A stretch of DNA of 40,957 nucleotides from Phycisphaerales bacterium (GTDB lineage Bacteria; Planctomycetota; Phycisphaerae; Phycisphaerales; SM1A02): positions 1 through 40,957 of the forward strand of contig JBILFU010000001.1 in NCBI GenBank assembly GCA_044351405.1, read 5' to 3'. A program made the translations under genes and the position numbers. This document shows positions 33,897 through 40,957 of the stretch, piece by piece. The notes below the pieces were generated by a model. That model saw only the letters and a list, made by a program, of their open reading frames with translations, was not told where the DNA came from and ran no database searches. Every line of letters begins with the position of its first letter. The stretch's first letter is position 1.

Positions 33897-35861
33897 ATGC
33901 GCGACCGCCCGATCCAGCTCCTGGCGGCCTCGTCCGCGCTCGCCGCCGCGGTCGGCGCGGGCGCGCTGCTGCCCAGGATCGTCTCGGAGAGCGACGCCGC
34001 CAAGCTCCGCTACACGGACGTCTCCGTCGAGGGCGCGCCGCCGATCGTCGCCGTGGGCGCCGCCATCGGCGCGGTGCGCGGCCTGGTGGTCGACTACCTG
34101 TGGATCCGCCTGCAGCAGATGCGCGAGCTGGGCCAGTACTACGACGCCCGGCGGCTGGCGGACCTCATCACCAAGCTGCAGCCGCGCTTCGGCGAGGTGT
34201 GGGCCTTCCACGGCCACAACCTGGCCTACAACCTGTCCGTCCTCATGGGCACGCCGGAGGAGCGCTGGAGGCTCGTGAACGAGGGCATCGACCTCGTCCG
34301 CAACAAGGGCATCCGCTACAACCCCAACGACCTGATCCTCTACAAGGAGCTCGGCTGGTGGTTCGCGCACAAGGTCGACGGCCTGAGCGACGACGCGCAC
34401 CTCTTCTACAAGCGCGAGCTGGCGAAGGAGTGGCACTTCCTTCTCGGGGAGCCGCCGGTCTCCGCCGAGGAGCGCGCCGCCTGGATGCAGCGGATCGCGG
34501 ACGCCCCCGCGACCTACGAGGAGCTGGTGGCGCGCCATCCGGAGGTGGCCGGCCTGGTGGCCGCCATCGAGGCCCGCATGCGGGCCTTCGACCCCAAGTG
34601 GTCGCTCCGCCTCGACCGCGACTTCGCCATGACCGAGGGACGGCGCGAGGCGCTCCGCTCCACGGGCGGATATGCGCGGTTCTTCGGCCTCCAGGAGCAG
34701 TTCCGCCGCCGCGACCCGGTGTACGCGGCCCTCGACGACGTGCTCTCCGACCCGGCAAACCAGAAGGCCCGCGAGGAGCTCGTGGCGTTCGTCCGCAGGC
34801 GCGTGCTGCTCGACGACTACAACATGGACCCCGCCCGCATGGCCGCCTTCACGCGGGACTTCGGTCCCCTCGACTGGCGCCACCCGCAGGCGCACGCCTT
34901 CTACTGGTCCAAGCTCGGCAGCGAGATCGGCGCGGAGCGCTACAACAACGACGAGGACATCTACCGCATCCTCAACGACGACCGCACCACCATCCAGGCC
35001 ATGCAGGCGCTCGCGCACTCCGGGCTGGTCCGCGTCGACCCGTTCTCCAACGACAATCCGTCCCGCCTGTACGACACGCGGTGGATCAAGCCGATCGACC
35101 GCTACTTCCGCGAGCTCTACCAGAAGCACTTCAAGGCGCGCGGCGGCGGCCCGGACACCTTCGTCGACTTCTACGAGAACTTCATGGCGCAGGCGGTGCG
35201 CGAGCTCTACCACGCCGGCGAGATCGAGGAGGCGCAGCGCATCCTGGACGAGCTGGACCGTCTGTGCGGGCGCGGCGGCCTGATCCCGAACAACAAGTAC
35301 GTGGCGCCCGTGGACGTCTTCGTCCGCAACGCCACCTACGGCGAGTACGAGGCGATGCCCGACACGGCGCGGACCGACGTCCTCGCCGTCCTCAGGCGTG
35401 GGTTCCTGGAGTGCTACCTGCTGGGCAAGCGCAAGGTGCTCGACGACGCGCTGGCCTACGCGCGCGACCTCACCGAGTACTTCAAGACGAACCGCTACAC
35501 CGACTTCCGCACCAAGATGGGCGACGCGCGGCTGGCCGACCTGCTGGGCTCGCTCGAGCGCAGCACGGAGGACACGCTGGTCGGCATCATGCAGGATCCC
35601 TCGCTTCCGCTCGTCGACCGGCTCACCGTTTACTCCCGGCTCCCGGAGGACCAGCGCTGCATGGTCTACGACCCCTCGCTGAAGCGCATCACGCAGGACA
35701 TCGCGGCGAGCCCGCTCGGCGCGGCGGGCGCCACCGCCGCGAACCTGTTCCCGCCCCCTCCCGGCATCGACGAGTACCGGGCCCGCAGGGCGGCGGAGGC
35801 GGAGCGGCGCCGGGAGCGGCAGGAGAGCTTCAAGGAAGGATCCGGCGACCGCAAGCGCTGA
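33897..35861 (+). CDS. Conserved-looking hypothetical protein, N-terminal membrane anchor + all-helical (TPR-like) body, 654 aa; no family recognised
   Basis: 3-nt gap from the upstream gene. Protein-like composition rich in W/Y/F/N/K (VVDYLWIRLQQMRELGQYYDARRLADLITKLQPRFGEVWAFHGHNLAYNLSV..., YWSKLGSEIGAERYNNDEDIYRILNDD...). Basic Arg/Glu C-terminal tail. Confidence 0.7.
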   Translation: MRDRPIQLLAASSALAAAVGAGALLPRIVSESDAAKLRYTDVSVEGAPPIVAVGAAIGAVRGLVVDYLWIRLQQMRELGQYYDARRLADLITKLQPRFGEVWAFHGHNLAYNLSVLMGTPEERWRLVNEGIDLVRNKGIRYNPNDLILYKELGWWFAHKVDGLSDDAHLFYKRELAKEWHFLLGEPPVSAEERAAWMQRIADAPATYEELVARHPEVAGLVAAIEARMRAFDPKWSLRLDRDFAMTEGRREALRSTGGYARFFGLQEQFRRRDPVYAALDDVLSDPANQKAREELVAFVRRRVLLDDYNMDPARMAAFTRDFGPLDWRHPQAHAFYWSKLGSEIGAERYNNDEDIYRILNDDRTTIQAMQALAHSGLVRVDPFSNDNPSRLYDTRWIKPIDRYFRELYQKHFKARGGGPDTFVDFYENFMAQAVRELYHAGEIEEAQRILDELDRLCGRGGLIPNNKYVAPVDVFVRNATYGEYEAMPDTARTDVLAVLRRGFLECYLLGKRKVLDDALAYARDLTEYFKTNRYTDFRTKMGDARLADLLGSLERSTEDTLVGIMQDPSLPLVDRLTVYSRLPEDQRCMVYDPSLKRITQDIAASPLGAAGATAANLFPPPPGIDEYRARRAAEAERRRERQESFKEGSGDRKR

Positions 35862-35883
35862 GCGCGCGGCTAGCCTCGTCCGG

Positions 35884-36540
35884 ATGCCCGTCCCGCCCGC
35901 CATCCTCGCCGTCGGCCGCAACTACGCCGACCATGCCGCCGAGCTCGGCGCCGCCGCGCCCGAGCGCATCATGCTCTTCCTGAAGAACCCGGCCTGCGCT
36001 TGCGGCGACGGCGACCCGATCGTCATCCCGCCCATCTGCGACGACCACGGCCCGCAGGTGGACTTCGAGGGCGAGCTCGCCGTGGTGATCGGCCGGACCT
36101 GCCGCGACGTCCCGGAGCGCGAGGCGCTCGGCGCGGTTCGCGGCTACGCGGCGGCCAACGACGTGACGGCGCGCTGGTGGCAGAAGGAGGGAAGCGGCGG
36201 GCAGTTCTGCCGCGGTAAGAGCTTCGACACGTTCTGCCCGCTCGGGGCGGTCGCGCCCGCCGCCGGGATCCCCGACCCGCAGGCGCTGCGCATCGTGACC
36301 ACGCTCAACGGGAAGGTGATGCAGGACGCGCCGACGTCGCTCATGCTCCACCCGGTGGCGCGCATCATCGCCGACCTCTCGCGCGGGATGACGCTCCTCG
36401 AGGGGACCGTCATCCTCACCGGCACGCCGTCGGGCGTGGGCGCGGGCCGCAGCCCGAAGGTGTTCCTGCAGCCGGGCGACGTGGTCGAGGTGTCGATCGA
36501 GGGCGTCGGCTCGGTGCGGAACCCGGTGCGCCATGCCTGA
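35884..36540 (+). CDS. Fumarylacetoacetate hydrolase (FAH) family protein
   Basis: [58 protein letters not shown]. These are typical FAH-family blocks. Confidence 0.8.
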   Translation: MPVPPAILAVGRNYADHAAELGAAAPERIMLFLKNPACACGDGDPIVIPPICDDHGPQVDFEGELAVVIGRTCRDVPEREALGAVRGYAAANDVTARWWQKEGSGGQFCRGKSFDTFCPLGAVAPAAGIPDPQALRIVTTLNGKVMQDAPTSLMLHPVARIIADLSRGMTLLEGTVILTGTPSGVGAGRSPKVFLQPGDVVEVSIEGVGSVRNPVRHA

Positions 36541-36775
36541 GGGGACCGGGGTCCGCAGGGGCGTCGCCGCGCGCGGGGCGTCCGCGTGCATCCGCTGGTA
36601 CCGGCGACGCCTGGCGTGGATGACCCGGGGCTGGTGCCGCTTCGAGCCCTCGTGCTCGCAGTACGCGCTGGAGGCGATCGAGCGGCACGGGGCCGTGCGC
36701 GGGATCGCGCTCGGCGCCTGGCGCATCGCGCGCTGCAACCCGCTCGGCGGGTGCGGTCACGACCCGGTGCCGTGA
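36533..36775 (+). CDS. yidD: Membrane protein insertion efficiency factor YidD
   Basis: [61 protein letters not shown] is the canonical YidD signature. 8-nt overlap with the FAH gene. Confidence 0.88.
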   Translation: MPEGTGVRRGVAARGASACIRWYRRRLAWMTRGWCRFEPSCSQYALEAIERHGAVRGIALGAWRIARCNPLGGCGHDPVP

Positions 36776-37134
36776 TCGCGGGGCAGGGCGCGGTCGAGTT
36801 CGGCGGCGCTCTCGGCGAGCGCGGCGCGGTAGCGCTCCCCGGGCCACTCCGGGTGCGGGCGCGCCACCACCACGAGGTCCAGTCCCGCGGGCAGCGCGCG
36901 CTGCGCGGCGCGGAACGCCTCGCGCAGCAGGCGCTTCACGCGGTTGCGCCGCACCGCGCCCCCGACCTTGCGGGACACGCTCAGCCCCAGCCTGGTCACC
37001 CCGAGGCCGTTGCGGGCCCCGTACACCACGATGGCCCCGCAGTCGCGGCGGCGCCGCAGGGCGTACGCCCGGTCGAAGTCCTCACCGCGCTTCACCCGCA
37101 GGGCGGCCGGGAATCGTTGTCCGGTGGGCTCCAC
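36757..37134 (-). CDS. rnpA: Ribonuclease P protein component
   Basis: GTG start at 37134. [17 protein letters not shown]..., [29 protein letters not shown] (the RNR-x-KR-x2-RE motif). Its 3' end overlaps the yidD 3' end by 19 bp on the opposite strand. Confidence 0.85.
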   Translation of the reverse strand: MEPTGQRFPAALRVKRGEDFDRAYALRRRRDCGAIVVYGARNGLGVTRLGLSVSRKVGGAVRRNRVKRLLREAFRAAQRALPAGLDLVVVARPHPEWPGERYRAALAESAAELDRALPRDHGTGS

Positions 37135-37195
37135 GGCCGGAGCCTACCCCTGCCACCCGGCGCGTCCGGCCGACGGGACCGGATGTTCTCGGCGC

Positions 37196-37224
37196 TTGGA
37201 CGGCCCGCCCGGGCTGCCTATACT
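37196..37224 (+). promoter_or_regulatory. Sigma-70-like promoter TTGGAC-N17-TATACT upstream of rpoZ
   Basis: -35 at 37196..37201, 17-nt spacer, -10 at 37219..37224. Located in the rnpA/rpoZ divergent spacer, ~60 nt upstream of the rpoZ TTG start, which is preceded by GGAG at 37275..37278. Confidence 0.4.
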
Positions 37225-37285
37225 GCGCGGCTCGGACGGGGCAGGCCGCGGTCGGCCGCACCCCTCCGGACACCGGAGCTTCCCC

Positions 37286-37510
37286 TTGATCGACGCACTG
37301 AAGAGCGATGAGATCGTCCAGCGGCTCGGCGGCCGCTTCAAGCTGACCGCCCTGATCCAGCGCCGCCTCGGCGAGCTGGTCGACGGCGCGCGCCCCCTGG
37401 TGGAGCGCGAGGGCCGGACCGACTTCGAGGTGGTGATCGAGGAGATCGTGCAGGAGAAGATCACGATCGACTGGGAGGCCAGCGGCCTCGAGGCCCCTTC
37501 GGCCCGCTGA
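37286..37510 (+). CDS. rpoZ: DNA-directed RNA polymerase subunit omega
   Basis: TTG start gives (M)IDALKSDEIVQRLGGRFKLTALIQRRLGELVDGARPLVEREGRTDFEVVIEEIVQEKITIDW, an omega-subunit pattern (x-RF/Y-x-L-x5-R-x5-G-x-P-x-V). GGAG lies 7 nt upstream. Confidence 0.75.
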   Translation: MIDALKSDEIVQRLGGRFKLTALIQRRLGELVDGARPLVEREGRTDFEVVIEEIVQEKITIDWEASGLEAPSAR

Positions 37511-37569
37511 GCCGGCCCGCGCCGCAGCCGACCCGGACGGCGACCTGCGCAGCGACCTGCAAACCGCGG

Positions 37570-37600
37570 CCCCGCCCCTCTCGGGCGGGGTCGTCCCTTT
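37570..37600 (+). terminator. GC-rich hairpin after rpoZ (CCCCGCCC-ctctc-GGGCGGGG followed by TCGTCCCTTTCC)
   Basis: 8-bp stem at 37570..37577 / 37583..37590 with a 5-nt loop. The T-tract is weak and interrupted. Confidence 0.35.
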
Positions 37601-37636
37601 CCGGCGGGGCCCGCGCCCGGCCGTATCCTCGGCCGC

Positions 37637-38113
37637 ATGGCAGCGATCGTCTTCGCCATCCTCGCCGGCACGTGCTGGGGCATCGGCGAGCTCGCCGCGA
37701 AGAGCGCGCTGAGGTCCGGCGAGGTCGGGCCGATGACCGCGATCGCCGTGCGCGCCACGGTGGCGCTCCCCGTCGTCTGGCTGGCCTGGCTGGCCGCGAC
37801 GCGCGGCTGGCTGGAGCCGCTCGGCGTCTCCGCCGCGCGCGAACCCGCCGGGTGGATGCAGGCCTCGGCGGCCACCTGGTGGAAGTTGGTGCTGGGCGCC
37901 GGGCTCGCCGCCGGCGCACTCGGCCTTGCGTTCTTCTACCTGGGACTCTCGGTCGGGGAGGTGAGCCGCGTGAAGCCCGTGGCCTTCGCGCTGGCGCCGA
38001 CCGTCGCGGCGCTGCTGTCGTTCGTCCTCCTCGGCGAGGAGCCCTCCGCCCGGAAGCTCTCCGGCATCGCGCTCGTGGTCGCGGGCGTGCTCGTCCTCAC
38101 CACGCGGGACTGA
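37637..38113 (+). CDS. Half-size EamA/DMT-superfamily membrane transporter (single EamA domain, 158 aa)
   Basis: About five hydrophobic helices. The C-terminal block VKPVAFALAPTVAALLSFVLLGEEPSARKLSGIALVVAGVLVL is typical of EamA domains. Confidence 0.7.
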   Translation: MAAIVFAILAGTCWGIGELAAKSALRSGEVGPMTAIAVRATVALPVVWLAWLAATRGWLEPLGVSAAREPAGWMQASAATWWKLVLGAGLAAGALGLAFFYLGLSVGEVSRVKPVAFALAPTVAALLSFVLLGEEPSARKLSGIALVVAGVLVLTTRD

Positions 38114-38117
38114 GGCC

Positions 38118-38294
38118 GTGGCCGCCGACCCTGCATCGGGCCGCCCGCGATGCCCGCGCTGCGGCCTGCCGCTGCGCGTGGTCGAGGTGCACGGGCACGG
38201 CCAGTGCGCCGCCTGCGGAATGAACATCCAGCCCTGCTGCGACGGGGATTCCTGCACGGCCGGGCAGCCAACGCCGGAGCGCCCCGGGGGCTGA
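38118..38294 (+). CDS. Small Cys-rich zinc-ribbon-like protein (58 aa), below the ORF-track length cutoff
   Basis: GTG at 38118, 4 nt after the EamA stop: (M)AADPASGRPRCPRCGLPLRVVEVHGHGQCAACGMNIQPCCDGDSCTAGQPTPERPGG. It has a CPRC-N15-CAAC arrangement and G/C-dominated third codon positions. No homology check was possible. Confidence 0.4.
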   Translation: MAADPASGRPRCPRCGLPLRVVEVHGHGQCAACGMNIQPCCDGDSCTAGQPTPERPGG

Positions 38295-38335
38295 ACGCCC
38301 GGGGAGCCGCTGAAGTCCCGCCGGCATCCCGCCGA

Positions 38336-38341
38336 TACAAT
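38336..38341 (+). promoter_or_regulatory. Possible -10 box TACAAT 12 nt upstream of tRNA-Ser
   Basis: AT-rich hexamer in otherwise GC-rich DNA. No convincing -35 (CTGAAG at 19-nt spacing). Confidence 0.25.
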
Positions 38342-38353
38342 GTGCCGACCGCT

Positions 38354-38441
38354 GGAGAGGTGTCCGAGCGGTTGAAGGAGCTAGTCTCGAAAACTAGTAG
38401 TGGGCTCGTCCTACTCGTGGGTTCGAATCCCACCCTCTCCG
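38354..38441 (+). tRNA. tRNA-Ser (anticodon CGA), class II with long variable arm; CCA not encoded
   Basis: GGAGAGG-TG-TCCG-AGCGGTTGAA-GGA-G-CTAGT-CTCGAAA-ACTAG-TAGTGGGCTCGTCCTACTC-GTGGG-TTCGAAT-CCCAC-CCTCTCC-G. It folds as a cloverleaf, aligns arm for arm with E. coli tRNA-Ser, and is followed by TTT rather than CCA. Confidence 0.95.
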
Positions 38442-38445
38442 TTTC

Positions 38446-38479
38446 GCGCCCCGGCCCCCTCGGCCGGGGCGCGGCGTTT
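38446..38479 (+). terminator. Hairpin after tRNA-Ser: GCGCCCCGGCC-ccctc-GGCCGGGGCGC followed by GGCGTTTCC
   Basis: 11-bp perfect stem at 38446..38456 / 38462..38472 with a 5-nt loop and a short T-run. Confidence 0.5.
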
Positions 38480-38482
38480 CCG

Positions 38483-38530
38483 GGCGCTGCGCCTCAGGGG
38501 CGCTGCGCCTCAGGGGCGCTGCGGCTCACG
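38483..38530. repeat. 16-nt tandem direct repeat GGCGCTGCGCCTCAGG, three copies (the third with 2 mismatches), plus a partial fourth
   Basis: Copies at 38483..38498, 38499..38514 (identical) and 38515..38530 (GGCGCTGCGGCTCACG). The third copy overlaps the batE-like stop codon (38526..38528). Confidence 0.9.
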
Positions 38531-39365
38531 GGCGCGCGACCTGCGTGTCCCGCGCCCATCCGGACCGGCCGTCGGGAAGTTCGAGCCGCACCCAGCCCGG
38601 CCGTTCCTCCGTCACCGTGCACTCCACGCCAGCGCCGAGCGCCTCGACGAACGCCGGCTCGAAGCCCTCGCCGTTGCCCTTGCGCAGCACCGTGCTCGGA
38701 TCGAGCAGCACGGCCGGGGGCCTCGCGCCGCGGAGGAGGGCATCGACGATCGCCGTGCCGCCGAGCAGCGCCGCGCCCGCGAGCGCAGCCCACGCCGAGG
38801 CGCGCACCACCATGTCCGCCGGGCGCGGGAGCCCCGTCCCCGCGAGCGCGCGGACCGAGAGGAGCAGCCAGAGCGCGGCCCAGCAGGCGAGCCCGATCGA
38901 CGCCCGCACGTGGCCCGGCACCACGTGCCACCAGCTGGCCACCGTGTCGACGAGGAGCGTGGTGCCGCCGCGGCCGACCGCATCCGGCACCTGCGACCGT
39001 GCCGCCGCCAGGTTGTGGGCGAGGTCCGCGTTCCCGGGCAGGAACCGCTCGGCCCGCCGGTAGCAGGCGATGGCGTTGCCCAGGTCGCCCGCCTCCAGGT
39101 ACGCGTTGCCCAGGTTGAACTCGAGCGGCCCGTTCTCGGCGCCGGCGCCTCGCACGCGCTCCCACTCGCGCGCGGCGTCGCGGAAGGCCGCAAGGCTCGC
39201 CGCCGGGTCCGTGCGGCGCAGCCCGACGGCGCGGTCGTGGGCCTCCTGTGCGCGCTCGAGCTGCGCCAGGGCCAGGTCGGCGTCGGAAGCGCGGGCGGCG
39301 GGCGCCCAGGAAGCCGCGCAGGCCAGGAGCGCCGCGAGCGCAGTCGGACGGAAGGCGCCGGTCAT
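38526..39365 (-). CDS. batE: BatE-like protein: signal peptide + TPR repeats + TM segments + C-terminal SH3b domain
   Basis: From ATG 39365 (ATGA overlap with the batD stop): MTGAFRPTALAALLACAASWAPAARA.... TPR-like FNLGNAYLEAGDLGNAIACYRRAERFLPGNADLAHNL. Hydrophobic helices follow. C-terminal VLRKGNGEGFEPAFVEALGAGVECTVTEERPGWVRLELPDGRSGWARDTQV (SH3b pattern). Confidence 0.75.
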   Translation of the reverse strand: MTGAFRPTALAALLACAASWAPAARASDADLALAQLERAQEAHDRAVGLRRTDPAASLAAFRDAAREWERVRGAGAENGPLEFNLGNAYLEAGDLGNAIACYRRAERFLPGNADLAHNLAAARSQVPDAVGRGGTTLLVDTVASWWHVVPGHVRASIGLACWAALWLLLSVRALAGTGLPRPADMVVRASAWAALAGAALLGGTAIVDALLRGARPPAVLLDPSTVLRKGNGEGFEPAFVEALGAGVECTVTEERPGWVRLELPDGRSGWARDTQVARP

Positions 39366-40957
39366 CGCCGGTTCCCCTTGGTGCGCAGGCCGGAGGCATC
39401 GAGCGCCTCGAGCACGGCGCGCGCCTCGTCGGCGATGGCGGGGTCGGCACCCGCGCCGCCCGCATAGCGCGCCCGGTCGCAGCGGGCGAGGAGTTCGCGC
39501 GCGCGGTCGCGGACCCCGTCCGCCGTGCCCGCGGCGGCAAGCGCCGCGTCGAGGTCGCCCCGCGTGAGCGTCCCGGGCGCGCGCCCGGTCGCATCCTCGA
39601 CGAAGCCGGTCACCGCGCCCGCGACGGCCGCGGCGTCGGCGGCCGCGGCCAGGCGCTGCTCCGCCCTGCGCCGCGCGGAGGCGCGCCGCGCGATCGATCC
39701 ATCGCGCGCGTGGCGGTCGCGGCGCATGCGCCAGGCGACGGCCGCCGCGGCCAGCGCGGGGGGCACGGCGAGCATCGCCAGGCCCGATGCGCCCAGCCGG
39801 GGACGGTCGTCGGCGAGCATGGCCTCCGAGACCGGGAGGTTCGCCACGAGCCCGCCCTCCGCGGAGCGCAGGCCGGTCCCTTCCGGCGCGGGCGCGGCTG
39901 CGCCCCCGGCCGACACGATCCTCGCGAGGTCCAGGGAGCTGCCCGGGACCACCGTGATCGGGATGGGCGCGGAGCGGACGGCGCCGTAGCGCCGGGCCTT
40001 CGGGTCGAACGACGAGAACTCGAGCGCCGGGATGGACGCGATCCCCGCGCGGAGCGGCCGCAGGGTGAGGGTGAACCGCTTGGTGCGACCGCTCACCACG
40101 CCCGAGATGGCCTCGTTGGGAACGCGGAAGTCCCTGGCGAGCTCCGCGTCGCCCGCAAGCGGCGGCGGCTGCAGCGACTCCATGTTGGCCGTGCCCGCCT
40201 CGTCCGTGATCGCGAGGGTGACGGTGATCGGGTCCCCCGCCGCCACCTCGGTGGGCTTGGCGGTGGCGGCCATCGAGAAGGTCCCGACCGCGCCGGCGAA
40301 CGACGCGGGGCGGCCTTCCTCCGGGAGCGGAAGCACCTCGATGCCCGTCGGCTGCGCGGCCACCGACACGGGCCGCGACTGCGTGACGCGCAGCTCGCGG
40401 TCGAGCATGAAGCCCGGCACCTCGCGCAGCTCCATCGGGTAGGTCATGCGCACGCGGACCTCGCCGATGTCCGGCATGCCCGACTTGGGCGGCCAGGTGC
40501 GGCGGGTCACCTCGTAGACGTACCACTCCTCGTCGCCGCGGGCCTCGCGCTGGACCCTCGGGGCGGAGCCACGCTGCACGAGCTCGGCGATCTCGGGCGC
40601 GAAGATCCCCCATTCGCTTCCCTTGAGGTCGACGAACTGCCACATCTGCAGCTCGTTGAGCGCGCCGTAGCGCGGGTCGCGGTACGGCTTCACCGCGATG
40701 CGGAGCACCAGGTCGAGCGGCTCGCCGATCGACACCTCGGGCGGCTGGCCGAACACCTCCGCCGCGAGCAGGTCGGCCGCGTCGCTGGGCCTTACGTTCA
40801 CGGTGCGGGCCTCGGTGCGCATGGCCACGCCGTCCACCCGGACCTCCATGGCCGGGATCGCGAGCTCTCCCGGCCGCTCCGGGACGATCTCCACGGCGTA
40901 GGTGACCGTGGTCGAGCGCGAGATGCGCCCGTTGATGAGCTGCATGCTCTGCTGCCG
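39362..40957 (-). CDS. batD: BatD-like oxygen-tolerance protein, 5' end beyond the right window edge
   Basis: The frame is open to the window edge (RQQSMQLINGR...). LPLPEEGRPASFAGAVGTFSMAATAKPTEVAAGDPITVTLAI..., RPLRAGIASIPALEFSSFDPKARRYGAVRSAPIPITVV, then a TM segment and an Ala/Arg-rich cytoplasmic tail, as in BatD family proteins. Confidence 0.75.
   Translation of the reverse strand, partial: RQQSMQLINGRISRSTTVTYAVEIVPERPGELAIPAMEVRVDGVAMRTEARTVNVRPSDAADLLAAEVFGQPPEVSIGEPLDLVLRIAVKPYRDPRYGALNELQMWQFVDLKGSEWGIFAPEIAELVQRGSAPRVQREARGDEEWYVYEVTRRTWPPKSGMPDIGEVRVRMTYPMELREVPGFMLDRELRVTQSRPVSVAAQPTGIEVLPLPEEGRPASFAGAVGTFSMAATAKPTEVAAGDPITVTLAITDEAGTANMESLQPPPLAGDAELARDFRVPNEAISGVVSGRTKRFTLTLRPLRAGIASIPALEFSSFDPKARRYGAVRSAPIPITVVPGSSLDLARIVSAGGAAAPAPEGTGLRSAEGGLVANLPVSEAMLADDRPRLGASGLAMLAVPPALAAAAVAWRMRRDRHARDGSIARRASARRRAEQRLAAAADAAAVAGAVTGFVEDATGRAPGTLTRGDLDAALAAAGTADGVRDRARELLARCDRARYAGGAGADPAIADEARAVLEALDASGLRTKGNRR

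Noticed and set aside
31281-35983. 1546-aa minus-strand and 1407-aa plus-strand giant ORFs
   Set aside because: They have extreme Arg/Ala/Gly/Pro composition. They overlap three well-formed plus-strand genes (ATPase tail, permease, helical protein) whose translations have normal amino-acid diversity.
37135-37285. rpmH (ribosomal protein L34) upstream of rnpA
   Set aside because: Reverse-strand translation shows no ~45-aa Arg/Lys-rich ORF. The region is better explained as a divergent promoter spacer.
38150-39594. 322-, 355- and 366-aa ORFs spanning the tRNA-Ser and batE region
   Set aside because: They run through a tRNA gene and a terminator hairpin, or are out-of-frame or antisense to the BatE-like frame, with Arg/Pro/Gly-rich translations.

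Overview
This is a very GC-rich window (roughly 70-75% G+C by eye, not computed) of densely packed bacterial chromosome. I found no transposase, integrase, phage gene or CRISPR array. Protein idioms suggest a Planctomycetota/Phycisphaerae-like organism: an RpoZ of the LIDALKSDEIVQRLGGRFKLTALIQRRL type, PEP-CTERM-like tails, BatD/BatE and many xylose-isomerase-fold proteins. That placement is inference only.

Gene content, left to right:
- nrdJ (partial, missing from the ORF track) and dcd.
- uvrD/pcrA.
- Two tandem PEP-CTERM-like paralogs.
- A 916-aa phosphodiesterase-TPR-sulfotransferase fusion.
- uvrA and uvrB.
- A MacB/FtsX-type ABC pair coupled to an orphan gcvH.
- A translationally coupled plus-strand array: TIM-barrel isomerase, cmk, plsC, cca and two secreted ClpP/NfeD-like proteins.
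- A tight six-gene operon of three SPFH (HflK/C-like) proteins, an ABC-2 ATPase, a large permease and a 654-aa helical orphan protein. A second ABC-2 permease is transcribed divergently from it.
- FAH-family hydrolase, yidD, rnpA (convergent with yidD), rpoZ, a half-size EamA transporter, an unlisted 58-aa zinc-ribbon ORF, tRNA-Ser(CGA), and batE/batD (partial).

Most worth a second look:
1. The roughly 13-kb SPFH / NfeD-like / ABC-2 membrane cluster at 22467-35861. I cannot map it onto a described system.
2. A 104-bp, locally AT-rich, near-perfect inverted repeat (36-bp arms, 35/36 matched). It contains both the stop codon of the FtsX permease and the start codon of uvrB.
3. The duplicated PEP-CTERM genes, which share a conserved, hairpin-containing 5' leader.
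4. The tri-domain sulfotransferase fusion.

All identifications come from motifs read by eye in the translations. No database search was run. The many very long ORFs in the track on opposite strands or other frames are high-GC shadow ORFs and were rejected.
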